Shown: positions 37,213-48,849, counted from the first letter of the stretch. The stretch is 64,000 nt of DNA from an uncultured Desulfobacula sp. (GCA_964562385.1 CAZLTD010000007.1:8799-72798), one strand, 5' to 3'. Made by a program: numbers and translations. The notes: a model not told the origin generated them from the letters alone.

Positions 37213-37641
37213 ATGGACACTACAACATGGTGTGACACCTTAACCATTCACCAGCAGACAGGCCCTGGAATCAATGATATCACACCGGAAATCCGGCAGA
37301 TGATTGAGACCTCGGGCATTGTCAACGGCTGTGCCGCCATTACGGCCGTGGGATCAACAGGATCGGTCACAACCATTGAATATGAACCGGGCGTGGTTGA
37401 AGATCTTCAGGACGCCATCAACCGGATAGCGCCGCCAAATGCCGTTTACAAGCACGAATTGGCCTGGCATGACGGAAACGGGCACTCCCACGTTCAGGCA
37501 GCCATTATCGGACCTTCCATTGTGGTGCCGATCCGTGAAGGCGGCCTGCGTCTGGGCACCTGGCAACAGATTGTGATCATCAACCATGACAACCACGCCC
37601 GCAAAAGGATCATCGAGATAACTATTACCGGACAAAAGTAA
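37213..37641 (+). CDS. YjbQ/UPF0047 family protein (secondary thiamine-phosphate synthase family)
   Basis: TGSVTTIEYEPGVVEDL...HELAWHDGNGHSHVQA...GTWQQIVIINHD family pattern. GGAGGA lies 8 nt upstream of the ATG at 37213. Confidence 0.85.
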   Translation: MDTTTWCDTLTIHQQTGPGINDITPEIRQMIETSGIVNGCAAITAVGSTGSVTTIEYEPGVVEDLQDAINRIAPPNAVYKHELAWHDGNGHSHVQAAIIGPSIVVPIREGGLRLGTWQQIVIINHDNHARKRIIEITITGQK

Positions 37642-37763
37642 CTTGCCAAAATAACTCCAAATGTGCTAAGTAAACAGGTTCGATTTACAATGACTGAGAC
37701 ATCCATCCGGGAAAAAGATCCCGGATATTGAATAAACCTTTATGGTGAACAGGTGTAGACGTT

Positions 37764-38906
37764 ATGAAAGCATTATTGGCCCTAGAAGATGGGCGTATTT
37801 TTCCGTGTAGGAGCTTTACAGGCCCGGGGGAAGCAAAAGGTGAAGTCGTGTTTAATACCAGCATGACCGGATACCAGGAGATATTAACCGATCCATCCTA
37901 TTTTGGTCAGATGGTTACCATGACCTATCCTTTAATCGGCAATTATGGTGTCTGCCCGGAGGATATCGAATCCGGCAGAATCCAGGCCGAAGCACTTATA
38001 GTAAAGGAATACCAGGAATTTCCCAGCAATTTCAGATCCAAAGGCACGCTTGCCGACTACCTGATCAAAAGCCATGTCCTGGGTATTGAAGATCTGGACA
38101 CACGGGCATTAACCCGCCATATCAGAAAATCAGGAGCCATGCGGGCGGTGATTTCAACATCTGATCTTGATCCTGATTCTCTTGTTAAAAAGGCAAAAGA
38201 GATCCCCTCCATGCAGGGCAGTGACCTTGTCGAAAAAGTCACCACCAAAAAACCGTATTTCTGGCGATACAACCAGCCCGATTATATTGATCCGGACACA
38301 CTCAACAATCCTTTTATCTGGCGGTTTAAAGGTAAAAAACACTCGGTGGTGGCCCTTGATTTCGGAATAAAATACAATATTATCCGCTGCCTTGAAAAAG
38401 CCGGCTGTGAAGTGCTTGTCGTACCTGCCACAACAGACCCCCAAACCATTTTAGACCTGAAGCCTGAAGGCATCTTTTTGTCCAACGGCCCGGGCGATCC
38501 TGAGCCTGTGACCTATGCGGTTGAGACCATCCGGCAATTGCTGGGTATTGTCCCAATCTTCGGCATCTGTCTGGGAATGCAGCTTTTGGGCATTGCCATG
38601 GGCGGAAAAACGCTGAAAATCAAATTCGGACACCGCGGGGGCAACCAGCCGGTAAAAAACCTGTCCACCAACAAGGTGGAAATCACATCCCAGAACCATG
38701 GGTTTGCCGTGGATCTGAATACCATCGGCCAGGACAGCTCATCCATGACGCACATCAACCTGAACGAAGATTCCCTAGAAGGGTTGAAGAATGATGCTGT
38801 AAAGGCATTTGCCGTCCAATACCATCCTGAAGCCTCCCCGGGCCCCCATGATGCTTCCTATCTTTTTAACCAGTTTGCAAAAGTGATCCAAGATGCCAAA
38901 GCGTAA
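37764..38906 (+). CDS. carA: Carbamoyl-phosphate synthase small (glutaminase) subunit
   Basis: [11 protein letters not shown]...[21 protein letters not shown], the GICLGMQ catalytic Cys block, and [10 protein letters not shown]. Confidence 0.95.
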   Translation: MKALLALEDGRIFPCRSFTGPGEAKGEVVFNTSMTGYQEILTDPSYFGQMVTMTYPLIGNYGVCPEDIESGRIQAEALIVKEYQEFPSNFRSKGTLADYLIKSHVLGIEDLDTRALTRHIRKSGAMRAVISTSDLDPDSLVKKAKEIPSMQGSDLVEKVTTKKPYFWRYNQPDYIDPDTLNNPFIWRFKGKKHSVVALDFGIKYNIIRCLEKAGCEVLVVPATTDPQTILDLKPEGIFLSNGPGDPEPVTYAVETIRQLLGIVPIFGICLGMQLLGIAMGGKTLKIKFGHRGGNQPVKNLSTNKVEITSQNHGFAVDLNTIGQDSSSMTHINLNEDSLEGLKNDAVKAFAVQYHPEASPGPHDASYLFNQFAKVIQDAKA

Positions 38907-41900
38907 AGACATAAAAAAAATCCTGATTATTGGCGCCGGCCCGATTATTATCAGCCAGGCCTGCGAGTTTGATTATTCCGGCACCCAGGCCTGTAAGGCC
39001 CTGAAGGAAGAAGGATATGAGGTGATTTTAATCAACTCGAATCCCGCCACCATCATGACGGATCCGGAAACGGCCGACCGGGTCTATATAGAACCTGTGA
39101 CCCCTGAAACCGTGGTCAAGGTCATTGAAAAAGAAAGACCGGACGCCCTTTTACCGACCCTGGGAGGACAGACCGCCCTGAATACGGCCATTGAAGCGGC
39201 CAAAACCGGTGTTTTTGAAAAATACAATGTGGAGTTGATCGGTGCCTCGGAAGATGCCATCAATAAGGCCGAAGATAGAGAATTGTTCAGAAATGCCATG
39301 AACAAAATCGGGCTTCGGATTCCCAAGAGCGGATTTGCCACCAATATGCATGAAGTGGAAGACGTGGCAAAAAGAATCGGTTTTCCCATTATTGTCCGTC
39401 CCTCTTTTACCCTGGGCGGCACCGGCGGCGGTGTGGCCTATAATACAGAAGAGCTGAACAACTTGTGCAAAGCCGGCCTTGATGCCAGTCTCAATACCCA
39501 GGTCATGCTGGAAGAATCCGTTTTAGGATGGAAAGAGTATGAGCTGGAAGTGATGCGGGACCATGCAGACAATGTTGTTATCATCTGTTCCATTGAAAAC
39601 ATTGATGCCATGGGTGTTCACACCGGCGATTCCATCACGGTGGCACCGGCCCAGACCCTTTCTGACAAGGAATACCAGGAACTGAGAGATGCCTCTTTGG
39701 CCATTATCCGTGAAATCGGTGTTGACACCGGCGGGTCCAATGTTCAGTTTGCCGTGAATCCTGAAAACGGCGACATCATTGTGGTTGAAATGAACCCCAG
39801 GGTTTCCAGAAGTAGTGCCCTGGCCTCCAAAGCCACCGGGTTCCCCATTGCCAAAATTGCCGCCAAACTTGCGGTAGGATACACCCTGGATGAAATCCCC
39901 AATGATATCACCGGTGAAACCCTGGCCTGTTTTGAACCCTCCATTGACTATTGCGTGGTAAAAATTCCCCGCTGGACCTTTGAAAAATTCCCGGAAGCCG
40001 ACGATGTCCTGACCACGGCCATGAAATCTGTCGGGGAGACCATGTCCATTGGCAGAACCTTTAAAGAGGCGTTCCAGAAAGGGATGCGTTCCCTTGAGAT
40101 CGGCCGGGCCGGTTTCGGGGCAGACGGCAAGGATCCTTTACCGGGAAGTGTTTCCGGCAATGAGCTGGAATATAAATTATCCACACCCAACTCCCAGCGC
40201 CTGTTCTATATAAAATATGCCATTGAGCACGGCATGCCCATTACCATGATCTATGAAATGACCCATATTGATCCCTGGTTCCTCTTTCAGATGAAACAGA
40301 TTGTGGATCTTGAAAAACAGATTAAGCTGGCCGGCAAAGACCTGCCCCGGGATCTGTTTGAAAAGGCAAAAAAACAGGGATTTTCAGATAAGCAACTGGC
40401 CTTTTTGTCAGGCTTAACCGACAAACAGATTGAGCAGGCCAGAAAAGACATTGATCTGGTACCGGTGTACAAGCTTGTTGATACCTGTGCTGCAGAATTT
40501 CGGGCCACCACGCCATACTATTATTCCACCTATGAAACCGAATGCGAAGCCCGTGTCTCAGATAAAAAGAAAGTCATTATCTTAGGTGGCGGCCCCAACC
40601 GTATCGGCCAGGGCATCGAGTTTGACTACTGCTGTGTTCATGCTTCCTTTGCCCTGAAAGAAGAAGGGGTGGAGTCCATCATGGTCAACTCCAACCCGGA
40701 AACCGTTTCAACCGATTATGACACCTCTGACAAGCTGTATTTTGAGCCCTTAACCAGAGAAGATGTCCTTCACATCGTTGAAAAAGAAAAACCCTATGGC
40801 GTCATTGTCCAGTTTGGCGGGCAGACCCCGCTAAATCTGGCCACGGATCTGAAAAAAGCCGGGGTTCCCATCATCGGCACCAGCCCGGAAAGCATTGACC
40901 GGGCAGAAGACAGGGATCAGTTCCAGGAAATGCTTGACAAACTAGGACTGCTCCAGCCTGAAAACGGTATTGCACACAGCCTGGATGAAGCCAAAAAAGT
41001 TGCAGACGATATTGGATATCCCGTGATGGTCCGGCCCTCCTTTGTTCTTGGCGGCCGTGCCATGAAAATCGTTTTTGATGAAAGCGATATTCAGGAGTAT
41101 TTTGAACTGGCGGTCCAGGCCTCTCCTGACAAACCCGTTCTAATCGACAAATTCCTTGAAGAGGCCTTTGAGTTGGATGTGGACGCCATCTCCGACGGAA
41201 AAACCACCATTATCGGTGGGATGATGGAGCATATTGAAGAGGCCGGCATTCATTCGGGTGACTCTGCCTGCGTGCTGCCGCCATATTCCATTTCCCGGAA
41301 CCACATTGATGAAATGACCTCAGCAGCCAAGGCCATTGCCAAAGAACTGAACGTAAAGGGTTTGATGAACATCCAGTTCGGGATCATGAATGACAAGGTC
41401 TACATTATAGAGGTAAACCCCAGGGCCTCGCGGACCATCCCCTTTGTCTCCAAGGCCATCGGGATTCCCCTGGCCAAACTGGCCACCAAGGTCATGCTGG
41501 GCCAGACATTAGAGGAGCTTGGACTTACTAAAGAAATTATCCCGCCGTACTATTGTGTCAAAGAGGCCGTCATGCCCTTTGACCGGTTTTCCAAGGTTGA
41601 TCCGGTCCTGGGACCGGAAATGAAATCTACAGGCGAAGTCATGGGTATTGACAAGGATCTGGGCGCAGCTGTGGCCAAGGCCCAGTTTGCCGCAGGACAA
41701 AAGCTTCCCACAGAGGGCACTGTCTTCATTTCCGTCCAGGATAAGGACAAGATGGCAGCCCTGCCCGTGGCCAAAAATTTTCACGAGATGAGATTCACCA
41801 TCATGGCCACCCGCGGAACGTCCATGTTTCTTAAAGAGAATGACGTGCCAAACAAACTGGTTAAAAAAGTGTCGGCCGGCAGACCCCATGTGGTGGACGC

Positions 41901-42138
41901 CGTGACCAACAATGAAGTTCAATTGATCTTAAACACCGGCGCTTCCAGCCAGACCAAACAGGACGGGTATGAAATAAGAAGGGCGGCTATTAAGTATAAA
42001 ATACCCTATGCCACCACAACTGACGGAACCAAAGCGATCTGCAGCGCTATCCAGGCACTGAAAAAAGAGAGACTTCATGTCAAACCCATCCAAGATTACC
42101 ACCAGGAAAATAGCGATGCAAAATCAAGCGATGCATAA
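38893..42138 (+). CDS. carB: Carbamoyl-phosphate synthase large subunit
   Basis: 1081 aa. [24 protein letters not shown] is duplicated as [22 protein letters not shown]. There are two ATP-grasp halves and an MGS-like C-terminus. Confidence 0.97.
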   Translation: MPKRKDIKKILIIGAGPIIISQACEFDYSGTQACKALKEEGYEVILINSNPATIMTDPETADRVYIEPVTPETVVKVIEKERPDALLPTLGGQTALNTAIEAAKTGVFEKYNVELIGASEDAINKAEDRELFRNAMNKIGLRIPKSGFATNMHEVEDVAKRIGFPIIVRPSFTLGGTGGGVAYNTEELNNLCKAGLDASLNTQVMLEESVLGWKEYELEVMRDHADNVVIICSIENIDAMGVHTGDSITVAPAQTLSDKEYQELRDASLAIIREIGVDTGGSNVQFAVNPENGDIIVVEMNPRVSRSSALASKATGFPIAKIAAKLAVGYTLDEIPNDITGETLACFEPSIDYCVVKIPRWTFEKFPEADDVLTTAMKSVGETMSIGRTFKEAFQKGMRSLEIGRAGFGADGKDPLPGSVSGNELEYKLSTPNSQRLFYIKYAIEHGMPITMIYEMTHIDPWFLFQMKQIVDLEKQIKLAGKDLPRDLFEKAKKQGFSDKQLAFLSGLTDKQIEQARKDIDLVPVYKLVDTCAAEFRATTPYYYSTYETECEARVSDKKKVIILGGGPNRIGQGIEFDYCCVHASFALKEEGVESIMVNSNPETVSTDYDTSDKLYFEPLTREDVLHIVEKEKPYGVIVQFGGQTPLNLATDLKKAGVPIIGTSPESIDRAEDRDQFQEMLDKLGLLQPENGIAHSLDEAKKVADDIGYPVMVRPSFVLGGRAMKIVFDESDIQEYFELAVQASPDKPVLIDKFLEEAFELDVDAISDGKTTIIGGMMEHIEEAGIHSGDSACVLPPYSISRNHIDEMTSAAKAIAKELNVKGLMNIQFGIMNDKVYIIEVNPRASRTIPFVSKAIGIPLAKLATKVMLGQTLEELGLTKEIIPPYYCVKEAVMPFDRFSKVDPVLGPEMKSTGEVMGIDKDLGAAVAKAQFAAGQKLPTEGTVFISVQDKDKMAALPVAKNFHEMRFTIMATRGTSMFLKENDVPNKLVKKVSAGRPHVVDAVTNNEVQLILNTGASSQTKQDGYEIRRAAIKYKIPYATTTDGTKAICSAIQALKKERLHVKPIQDYHQENSDAKSSDA

Positions 42139-42142
42139 TCAT

Positions 42143-43558
42143 ATGATTGAAAACGACCGGCCCAAAGATGAATGCGGGGTTTTTGGACTCTACCGTCATC
42201 CCGAGGCCGCCAAAATTACTTATTTCGGGCTGTACGCCCTTCAGCACCGTGGACAGGAAAGTGCCGGAATATCGGTGAACCGCGGGATCAACGATAAAAT
42301 TTTTTCTCATAAGGGAATGGGGCTTGTCCCGGATATTTTCAACATGGAAGATCTGGAACGCATCGAAGGCGGGTCCGCCATCGGCCATGTACGGTATTCC
42401 ACAACCGGGGATTCGGTGTTAACCAATGCCCAGCCCTTTATCGTCAATCACCGCCATAGATCCTATGCCCTGGCCCATAACGGCAACCTGGTGAATGCCC
42501 ACCTTTTGCGGGAGGAGCTGGAAGCGCAGGGATCTATTTTCCAGACCACCATGGATTCTGAAGTCTTTTTACACCTGTTCATCAAAAATCTGGTCAAAGG
42601 CGACTATGAAACCGCCATCTTAAATGCCGTATCTAAAATTGAGGGTGCCTATTCCATGATCCTTCTCACCTGCAAGGGAGAGATCATCGGGATGAAAGAT
42701 CCCAACGGCTTCAGGCCCCTGGCCCTTGGCAAGCTCAACGGCCACTATGTCCTGGCCTCTGAAACCTGTGCCTTTGATCTGGTTCAGGCCGAGTTTATCC
42801 GGGAACTGGAACCCGGGGAAATCGTGATCATCAATGAGGATGGAATTAAAAGCATCTATCATCCCAAAGCGGCGAAGAAAAAGTCGTTGTGTATCTTTGA
42901 GTATATCTATTTTGCCCGGCCCGATTCCACCATTGACGGCAAAAACGTTTATGAAATGCGAAAAGCCCATGGCCGGCGGCTGGCACAGGAATCCCACGTG
43001 GACGCCGATCTGGTCATGCCGTTTCCCGATTCAGGTAATTATGCCGCCATCGGGTATGCCAGGGAATCGGGAATCCCCTTTGAGATGGGCATGATCAGAA
43101 ACCATTATGTGGGAAGAAGTTTTATCCAGCCCACCCAGACCATGCGCGATTTTGCCGTTCGAATCAAACTCAATCCGGTTCGCCAGCTGATCAAGGGCAA
43201 GGATATTATCATTATCGAGGATTCCATCATCCGCGGCACCACGGCCAAAACCAGGGTCAAAGCTTTGCGGGAGCTGGGTGTTAAAAAGATCCACATGCGC
43301 ATCTCCTGTCCGCCCCATAAATTTCCATGCTACTACGGAATCGATTTTTCATCCAAGGGTGAGTTGATAGCAGCACAAAAGAGTGTCAAAGAGCTGGAAG
43401 AATACCTGGAGCTTGATTCACTGCACTATCTGTCCATTGGCGGCATGCTGGAGGCATCCGGGGTGAAAAACCCGGAACAAAACTTTTGCAAAGCCTGCTT
43501 TGACGGCAAGTATCCGGTGCCCTTCGATCCGAATTTCACCAAACAGTGCATGGGATAA
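42143..43558 (+). CDS. purF: Amidophosphoribosyltransferase
   Basis: Ntn Cys in ECGVFGL after a short propeptide, then HRGQESAGI, HVRYSTTG and DSIIRGTT (PRPP loop). Alternative starts lie at 42131 and 42077. Confidence 0.93.
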   Translation: MIENDRPKDECGVFGLYRHPEAAKITYFGLYALQHRGQESAGISVNRGINDKIFSHKGMGLVPDIFNMEDLERIEGGSAIGHVRYSTTGDSVLTNAQPFIVNHRHRSYALAHNGNLVNAHLLREELEAQGSIFQTTMDSEVFLHLFIKNLVKGDYETAILNAVSKIEGAYSMILLTCKGEIIGMKDPNGFRPLALGKLNGHYVLASETCAFDLVQAEFIRELEPGEIVIINEDGIKSIYHPKAAKKKSLCIFEYIYFARPDSTIDGKNVYEMRKAHGRRLAQESHVDADLVMPFPDSGNYAAIGYARESGIPFEMGMIRNHYVGRSFIQPTQTMRDFAVRIKLNPVRQLIKGKDIIIIEDSIIRGTTAKTRVKALRELGVKKIHMRISCPPHKFPCYYGIDFSSKGELIAAQKSVKELEEYLELDSLHYLSIGGMLEASGVKNPEQNFCKACFDGKYPVPFDPNFTKQCMG

Positions 43559-43570
43559 AACTTAAGAAAA

Positions 43571-44566
43571 ATGAAAAAACAGACTGTCGCATTTTCCAAA
43601 GATGCGTCCAATCTTTTCTTCCACATTTTAACAAAATGCAACCTGTCATGCGGCCATTGTTATATCAATCCGGACCAGCACGGTACCAGCACCCTTGATA
43701 TCGATACAATCACAGCCTGGCTTTCCATATTTGAAGACCAGGCCGCCAGAACCAATCTGGTCTTTTTAGGCGGGGAACCCACGCTGCATCCGGATTTGTC
43801 CATCGCTGTAAAGCATGCCAGATCCCTTGGGTTTAAATCCATCACCATAGATACCAACGGGTATCTCTTCCATGATATCCTGGACCGGATATCCCACACG
43901 GATATCGATTTCTTATCCTTTTCCCTGGATGGCGCAACAAGGGCTACCAATAATGCTATCAGGGGGAAAGGCAGCTTTGAAAAGGTTATAGAAGGCATTG
44001 AAAAGGCCAGGGATAAGAATTTTTCCTGCTCCATGATCTACACTGTTTCGGAAAAGAACATTCATGAACTTGAAATGATGCCTGATCTTGTCAAAAACCT
44101 GGGTCTTGAACGGTTTTTTATCCAGGTGATCGGAATACGGGGCCAATCCTCAAAAACCAGGGACACCCTGCAGGTTACCAAAAAAGTATGGCAGCAAACG
44201 ATTCCACGGGTTGCTGAAACAATTGCCCAACAGGGGATCATCGTCACCTACCCCAAGGTGTTTCTGGAGCGGGACGAGGCGTTTCAATGCGCAGGAACCG
44301 TGGCAGACAACTACTTTGTTTTTCCCAACGGCAGGGTGTACCAGTGTCCGGTGTGTGAAGATTTTGCCCTTCACGCCTTTGAAATTAAAAACAACCAATT
44401 GATCAAAACCCCGAAAATCAACGAAAAAGACCTGTTCGGCCTGACCATTCCGGAAGGGTGTGTGATGAACAAAATGATCCAGCCGCAGAACCTGTCCTAT
44501 GACAAAGAGGGGACACCTGTACACAAAATTGCCTGCTGCATGCTCAAACAGGAAATTTTACCATAA
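43571..44566 (+). CDS. Radical SAM protein with a Cys-rich (SPASM/twitch-like) C-terminal extension
   Basis: CNLSCGHCY CxxxCxxC motif at the N-terminus, FLGGEPTL, and a C-terminal CAG...CPVCEDF...CVMN...ACCM region. Confidence 0.8.
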   Translation: MKKQTVAFSKDASNLFFHILTKCNLSCGHCYINPDQHGTSTLDIDTITAWLSIFEDQAARTNLVFLGGEPTLHPDLSIAVKHARSLGFKSITIDTNGYLFHDILDRISHTDIDFLSFSLDGATRATNNAIRGKGSFEKVIEGIEKARDKNFSCSMIYTVSEKNIHELEMMPDLVKNLGLERFFIQVIGIRGQSSKTRDTLQVTKKVWQQTIPRVAETIAQQGIIVTYPKVFLERDEAFQCAGTVADNYFVFPNGRVYQCPVCEDFALHAFEIKNNQLIKTPKINEKDLFGLTIPEGCVMNKMIQPQNLSYDKEGTPVHKIACCMLKQEILP

Positions 44567-44784
44567 CCTTCCTGTTTACGGCAGGAGGTTAATCAATTCA
44601 AAGATAGCATCAAAAAAATCAAATAGTGTCTGTAAAAATTCAATTGAAAAATCATACGCCATTTTCAATCTCCGTTGCGGTTACCCGTTTTCTTTTTGGT
44701 CCACAGGGTGCCGGGAACCTCTTGATTGTCCCTTTGGTTAACCCGAAATTATTGTGCATGTCAGACCGGTAACAATGTCTACCT

Positions 44785-46299
44785 TTATATCAGGCGCTTT
44801 AGTATATCCTCTTGTCCGATGATCCCTAAAAGTTTACCGTCCTCAACCACCGGGATGGTATGAAACCTGTTTTCCACCATCAGGCTGGCAATCTCTGAGA
44901 TCGGTGTTTGCGGCCCTGTGGTTACAGGGTCATCCGCCATGGCCTGGGCAACAGTGATGGCAGATATCTTTTCAAACTCATGTTCCAGCTGCCGGGATGA
45001 GGCCAAAGGAATAAAACTGTCAAGCATGCTGAAAACAGGGGGCATGGATATATTTTTCTGTTGAAATATCAGATCGCTCTGACACAAAATACCCTTTAGC
45101 TGCCCCTGATCATCCAGCACCGGGACCCCGTTAATATGGTGATCTAAAAACAATTTCACTGCCGTGGCAATCTTGGTATCCGGTGTCACCGTTATCACAT
45201 TGGTTTCCATAATCTGTGCAGCGGTCAGTTTTTGTCTGTCATCCGTTACTATATCGTGCCCGTCTTGTTTTTTGTCATTTGCCGGCTCTACCTGTTTTCC
45301 TTCCTTTTTTCCGGTCTTAGGCTGGCGGATGGCAAGCACCGGGCAGGTGGCCCTGCTGATCACCCGGTCCGTGGTGGATCCCACAATAAATGTTTCTAAA
45401 AGACTGTGGCCGCGAACCCCCAATACAATCAGGTCCACCTGTTTTTGTTCCCCGTACTCTATAAGTTCCTGGTAAGGGGTTCCCTCAAGAACCACGGTGG
45501 CTGGAGTACACCAGCTTTGGCTGTCCTCGGGTACCATATTTAGCAATTGTCTTTCTATCCGCGCCAGAAATTTCGCTTTTTTCTCTTCAATTTCATGGCT
45601 GGTCTTTGCCTTGAGATTCAAAAATTCAGACCGGTTCCAGCCAATGTTATCCCCTTGTTGCAGCTTTAAGTAATCAAGCTCAGAGAATTGCACAGGCTCT
45701 TCGGGGCGGATGACATGGGCCAGGTAAAGCTGGGTCTGAAATTCCTGGGCAAGGCTCAATGCCCAGTCAAATGCCAGTTTTGAGTCCTCACTGAAATCGC
45801 AGCCAACCAGAATTCGGTCAAGTTTTATGGTTTCATTGTCTGTGCCCTGCAGGTTCTTATCTGTCGGGTGCAATACCATCAAAGGGCAGGACAGAATCTT
45901 TACCAGCCGGTCCGTCACCGAGCCCACCAGATATCTTTTAATGCCCGAACCGCCATACGTGGCTGTGACCACCATGTCAAACTGCTGATCGTGTGCCACC
46001 TGGGCGATCATCTCGGCAGGGCTGCCTGTTTCAACAATGATATCACAGTCAATATCCATTTTGCGGGCCATTTCCGCTAGGCTTTTGCGTGCCTGGTCCA
46101 GTCGTTCTGATTCTATACCGGTATAATCAACATACGGTGTAATGTGGCTGGAAACCATGTAAACGGCCGAGACCACATGGCATAGACACAATTTGCTTTC
46201 AAATTCATCTGCCAGGGATTTCCCATATTGCAATACCATGTCTGTAAAATCACTAAAATCGATGGCGCATAAGACCTTTTTGGGTTGTATTCTCATCAC
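44785..46299 (-). CDS. Tandem universal stress protein domains fused to a CBS pair
   Basis: Two UspA-like halves (KVLCAIDFSD...GSVTDRLV and ILVGCDFSED...GSTTDRVI), a linker, then two CBS motifs (IMETNVITV..., TVAQAMADDP...). Confidence 0.85.
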   Translation of the reverse strand: MMRIQPKKVLCAIDFSDFTDMVLQYGKSLADEFESKLCLCHVVSAVYMVSSHITPYVDYTGIESERLDQARKSLAEMARKMDIDCDIIVETGSPAEMIAQVAHDQQFDMVVTATYGGSGIKRYLVGSVTDRLVKILSCPLMVLHPTDKNLQGTDNETIKLDRILVGCDFSEDSKLAFDWALSLAQEFQTQLYLAHVIRPEEPVQFSELDYLKLQQGDNIGWNRSEFLNLKAKTSHEIEEKKAKFLARIERQLLNMVPEDSQSWCTPATVVLEGTPYQELIEYGEQKQVDLIVLGVRGHSLLETFIVGSTTDRVISRATCPVLAIRQPKTGKKEGKQVEPANDKKQDGHDIVTDDRQKLTAAQIMETNVITVTPDTKIATAVKLFLDHHINGVPVLDDQGQLKGILCQSDLIFQQKNISMPPVFSMLDSFIPLASSRQLEHEFEKISAITVAQAMADDPVTTGPQTPISEIASLMVENRFHTIPVVEDGKLLGIIGQEDILKRLI

Positions 46300-46329
46300 A
46301 CACCTCCTTTTTTATGTTACAGGGTGCCT

Positions 46330-46460
46330 CTAAAATTAGATTTTTGCCTTGAGTTCAATGCGCAGGAAAAATATAGCCGGAGCAATATATTCACTATTTT
46401 GAAGCATCAATCTTTCCTGCAACGCTGAAATCGGAACAAAAGACAATTATTAGAGGTAGC
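46330..46460. repeat. Intergenic repeat family 2, long copy (carries about 62 nt extra at 46365-46426)
   Basis: See the 37103-37165 feature. Its ends are imperfect inverted repeats (GCCTCTAAAATTA ... AATTATTAGAGGTAGC). Confidence 0.7.
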
Positions 46461-47077
46461 AGCTATTAAGGAATTATGAATAATAAGTTCCAGGAGTATT
46501 CAATGGGGAACACAACAGGCAGAATTTATAAATGATTCGATCGAATATTGATACGATAAAAGTGCCGTTCAACTGTTCATTATGAACTTCTTATAGTTTA
46601 ATCCTGTGCCTTCAAAGCGTCAAGTAATAACCCCAACTCTGCATAAAAAACAGACAACTAACCTTGTGATGGCAAGTCTGCAGCGCCGGCACTGCCTTGA
46701 AAAACATAATAAGAGACAGGTTTTACTCTCATTGTTACTTTTTTTTTCAGGCCCTGTGATCTTACCGGACTGCACGGGTCTGGCCTGTGTCAGACACCCA
46801 AAACCGGATAAAAAGCCAGGGTCTGTAAGCGATAACCTTACAGACTGTGAAGCGCTGCAACCACAAAGCCCTACAAAATTCCCTACGTGTAAAATCGGAT
46901 TTCTACCGATTGTAGAAAATTTTCAGCCTTATACATTAGAAATTGAGCTGCTCGACAATGCGGTACTTATAATAATGGGCTGGTTTTAATCTGAAATTCA
47001 ATCGAATGGTGAACAAAAGTAAATGAAGCGTTGTCTGGACAAAAACAACTTATAAACATCTTAATCGGAGGAAGCAA

Positions 47078-48835
47078 ATGTCGTTGGAAAGCATATACAC
47101 TGAAGCAATGGCTCTCAATGAGATTCAGGATATGGCCGAGCGTGAAATCGCGGCACAGGACTTTTTCGCCAAACTGAACAAATTCGATCTGCCTGAAAAG
47201 TTTAACTGGGCTGCCCAGATCTTTGAGGGAATCCAGGTAAAGGAACGTGGAGATCAAACAGCCCTGATCTGGACAGATCTGGACACGGATGCCGAGCAAC
47301 AGTATACTTATAAGGAACTGGCTGCCAACGGGAACAGGCTCTTAAACTTTTTGCGCAAAAAAGGTGTTGAAAAAGGGAACAATCTTTATATGCTGACCCC
47401 CATTGTTCCCGAGACATGGTTTGCCACATTTGCCGGCATCAAGGGGGGACTTGTAGCAGTGCCCACCGCCACCACCATGACGGAAAGAGAAATTCAGTTC
47501 CGGTTTGAGGCTTATAAGCCCGATGTCATTGTCGCCTTTGAGGGATTGACAGACCTGATTGACGACGCCCTTAAAAAAGCAGACTGCACCCCCAAGACCA
47601 AAATCGTTCTGGGCCAAAAAGAGGGATGGGTACCATATACTGAAATAGCGGCAGAATCAGACCAGGCAAATGCCGCGGACGTCAACAGTGACGATGTCCT
47701 TTTCTGCTTTTTTACATCCGGCACCACCGGCCTGCCCAAAAGAGTCGGACACAGCGCTGTCTCCTATCCCCTTGGACATTTGTCAAGCGCGGTCATTATC
47801 GGCCTGGAGCCCGGCGATGTTCACCACAACCTGAGTGCTCCCGGATGGGCTAAATGGACATGGAGCAGTTTTTTTTCACCCTTCAATATGGGCGCCACTG
47901 CCACGGGATTTAATTTTACCGTACTTGATATTAAAAAATACCTGGCCACGGTGGCCAGATTTAAGGTTAACTCGTTTTGCGCCCCCCCCACAGCCTGGCG
48001 TGCCTTTGTCGGCCTTGATCTGTCAGAATACGACTTAAGCGCCATGAAATACTCTCTAAGCGCAGGTGAACCCCTGAACCCGGAAGTCATTGACCAGTGG
48101 AGAGACGCCACCGGCACTGAAATTCGTGATTTTTACGGTCAGACCGAATCCACAGCCATGATCGGCAACCCCCCATGGATGGAAAAAAAGATGCGCCTGG
48201 GATCTTTTGGGTATCCCTCCTATATGTATGATGTGATCCTTGCCGATGATGACGGTAATGAAATTACACAACCGGATGTGACCGGCCACATTGTTGTCCG
48301 CCTTGACAACTGGCGTGCCATAGGGCTGTTCCAGGAATACATTGATAACCCTGAAAAAACCGCAGAAGCATTCAAACACGGGCTTTATTTCACCGGTGAC
48401 AAGGCAACGTTTGACAAAGACGGATACTGGTGGTTTGTAGGCCGTTCCGATGATGTGATCAAATCTTCAGATTACCGTGTCGGCCCTTTTGAGGTCGAAA
48501 GTGCCCTGATTGAGCATCCTGCTGTCATGGAAACAGCCGTTGTCGGTGTTCCTGACCCCAAACGCCATCAACTGGTAAAAGCTTTTGTGATCCTTTCTCA
48601 AGGTCAGGAACCGACTCGGGAGCTGGCACTTCAATTGTTCAAACATACCATTGAAGTATTGGCCAAATTCAAAATTCCAAGAATTATTGAGTTTGTGGAC
48701 GAACTGCCCAAGACCATCAGCGGTAAAATCCGCCGAGTTGAGCTGAGAGCCAATGAAGAAAAGAAGGACAGTGGAAAAAGCAACGAATTTTTCTATCATC
48801 AGTTCCCGGAATTAAGCTCTAAAAACAAAAAATAG
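47078..48835 (+). CDS. AMP-forming acyl-CoA synthetase (medium-chain/aryl type)
   Basis: FFTSGTTGLPKRV, YGQTE, YFTGDKATFDKDGYWWFVGRSDDVIK and ISGKIRR motifs. 585 aa. Confidence 0.9.
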   Translation: MSLESIYTEAMALNEIQDMAEREIAAQDFFAKLNKFDLPEKFNWAAQIFEGIQVKERGDQTALIWTDLDTDAEQQYTYKELAANGNRLLNFLRKKGVEKGNNLYMLTPIVPETWFATFAGIKGGLVAVPTATTMTEREIQFRFEAYKPDVIVAFEGLTDLIDDALKKADCTPKTKIVLGQKEGWVPYTEIAAESDQANAADVNSDDVLFCFFTSGTTGLPKRVGHSAVSYPLGHLSSAVIIGLEPGDVHHNLSAPGWAKWTWSSFFSPFNMGATATGFNFTVLDIKKYLATVARFKVNSFCAPPTAWRAFVGLDLSEYDLSAMKYSLSAGEPLNPEVIDQWRDATGTEIRDFYGQTESTAMIGNPPWMEKKMRLGSFGYPSYMYDVILADDDGNEITQPDVTGHIVVRLDNWRAIGLFQEYIDNPEKTAEAFKHGLYFTGDKATFDKDGYWWFVGRSDDVIKSSDYRVGPFEVESALIEHPAVMETAVVGVPDPKRHQLVKAFVILSQGQEPTRELALQLFKHTIEVLAKFKIPRIIEFVDELPKTISGKIRRVELRANEEKKDSGKSNEFFYHQFPELSSKNKK

Positions 48836-48849
48836 CATAACAACCTCTT

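Noticed and set aside
44567-44600. Hairpin CCTTCCTG...CAGGAGG after the radical SAM gene as a terminator
   Set aside because: The stem is imperfect with a wobble and mismatch, and no U-tract follows.
46670-46684. Sigma54-like motif TGGCAAGTCTGCAGC
   Set aside because: The GG-N10-GC spacing fits but the -12 element (CAGC instead of TTGC) is poor. It lies about 400 nt from the next start codon, and no enhancer-binding protein gene is nearby.
46606-46989. 127-aa plus-strand ORF in the long intergenic gap
   Set aside because: It has a GTG start without an SD, low-complexity and odd composition, and no recognisable motif. The region is treated as non-coding pending RNA or protein evidence.
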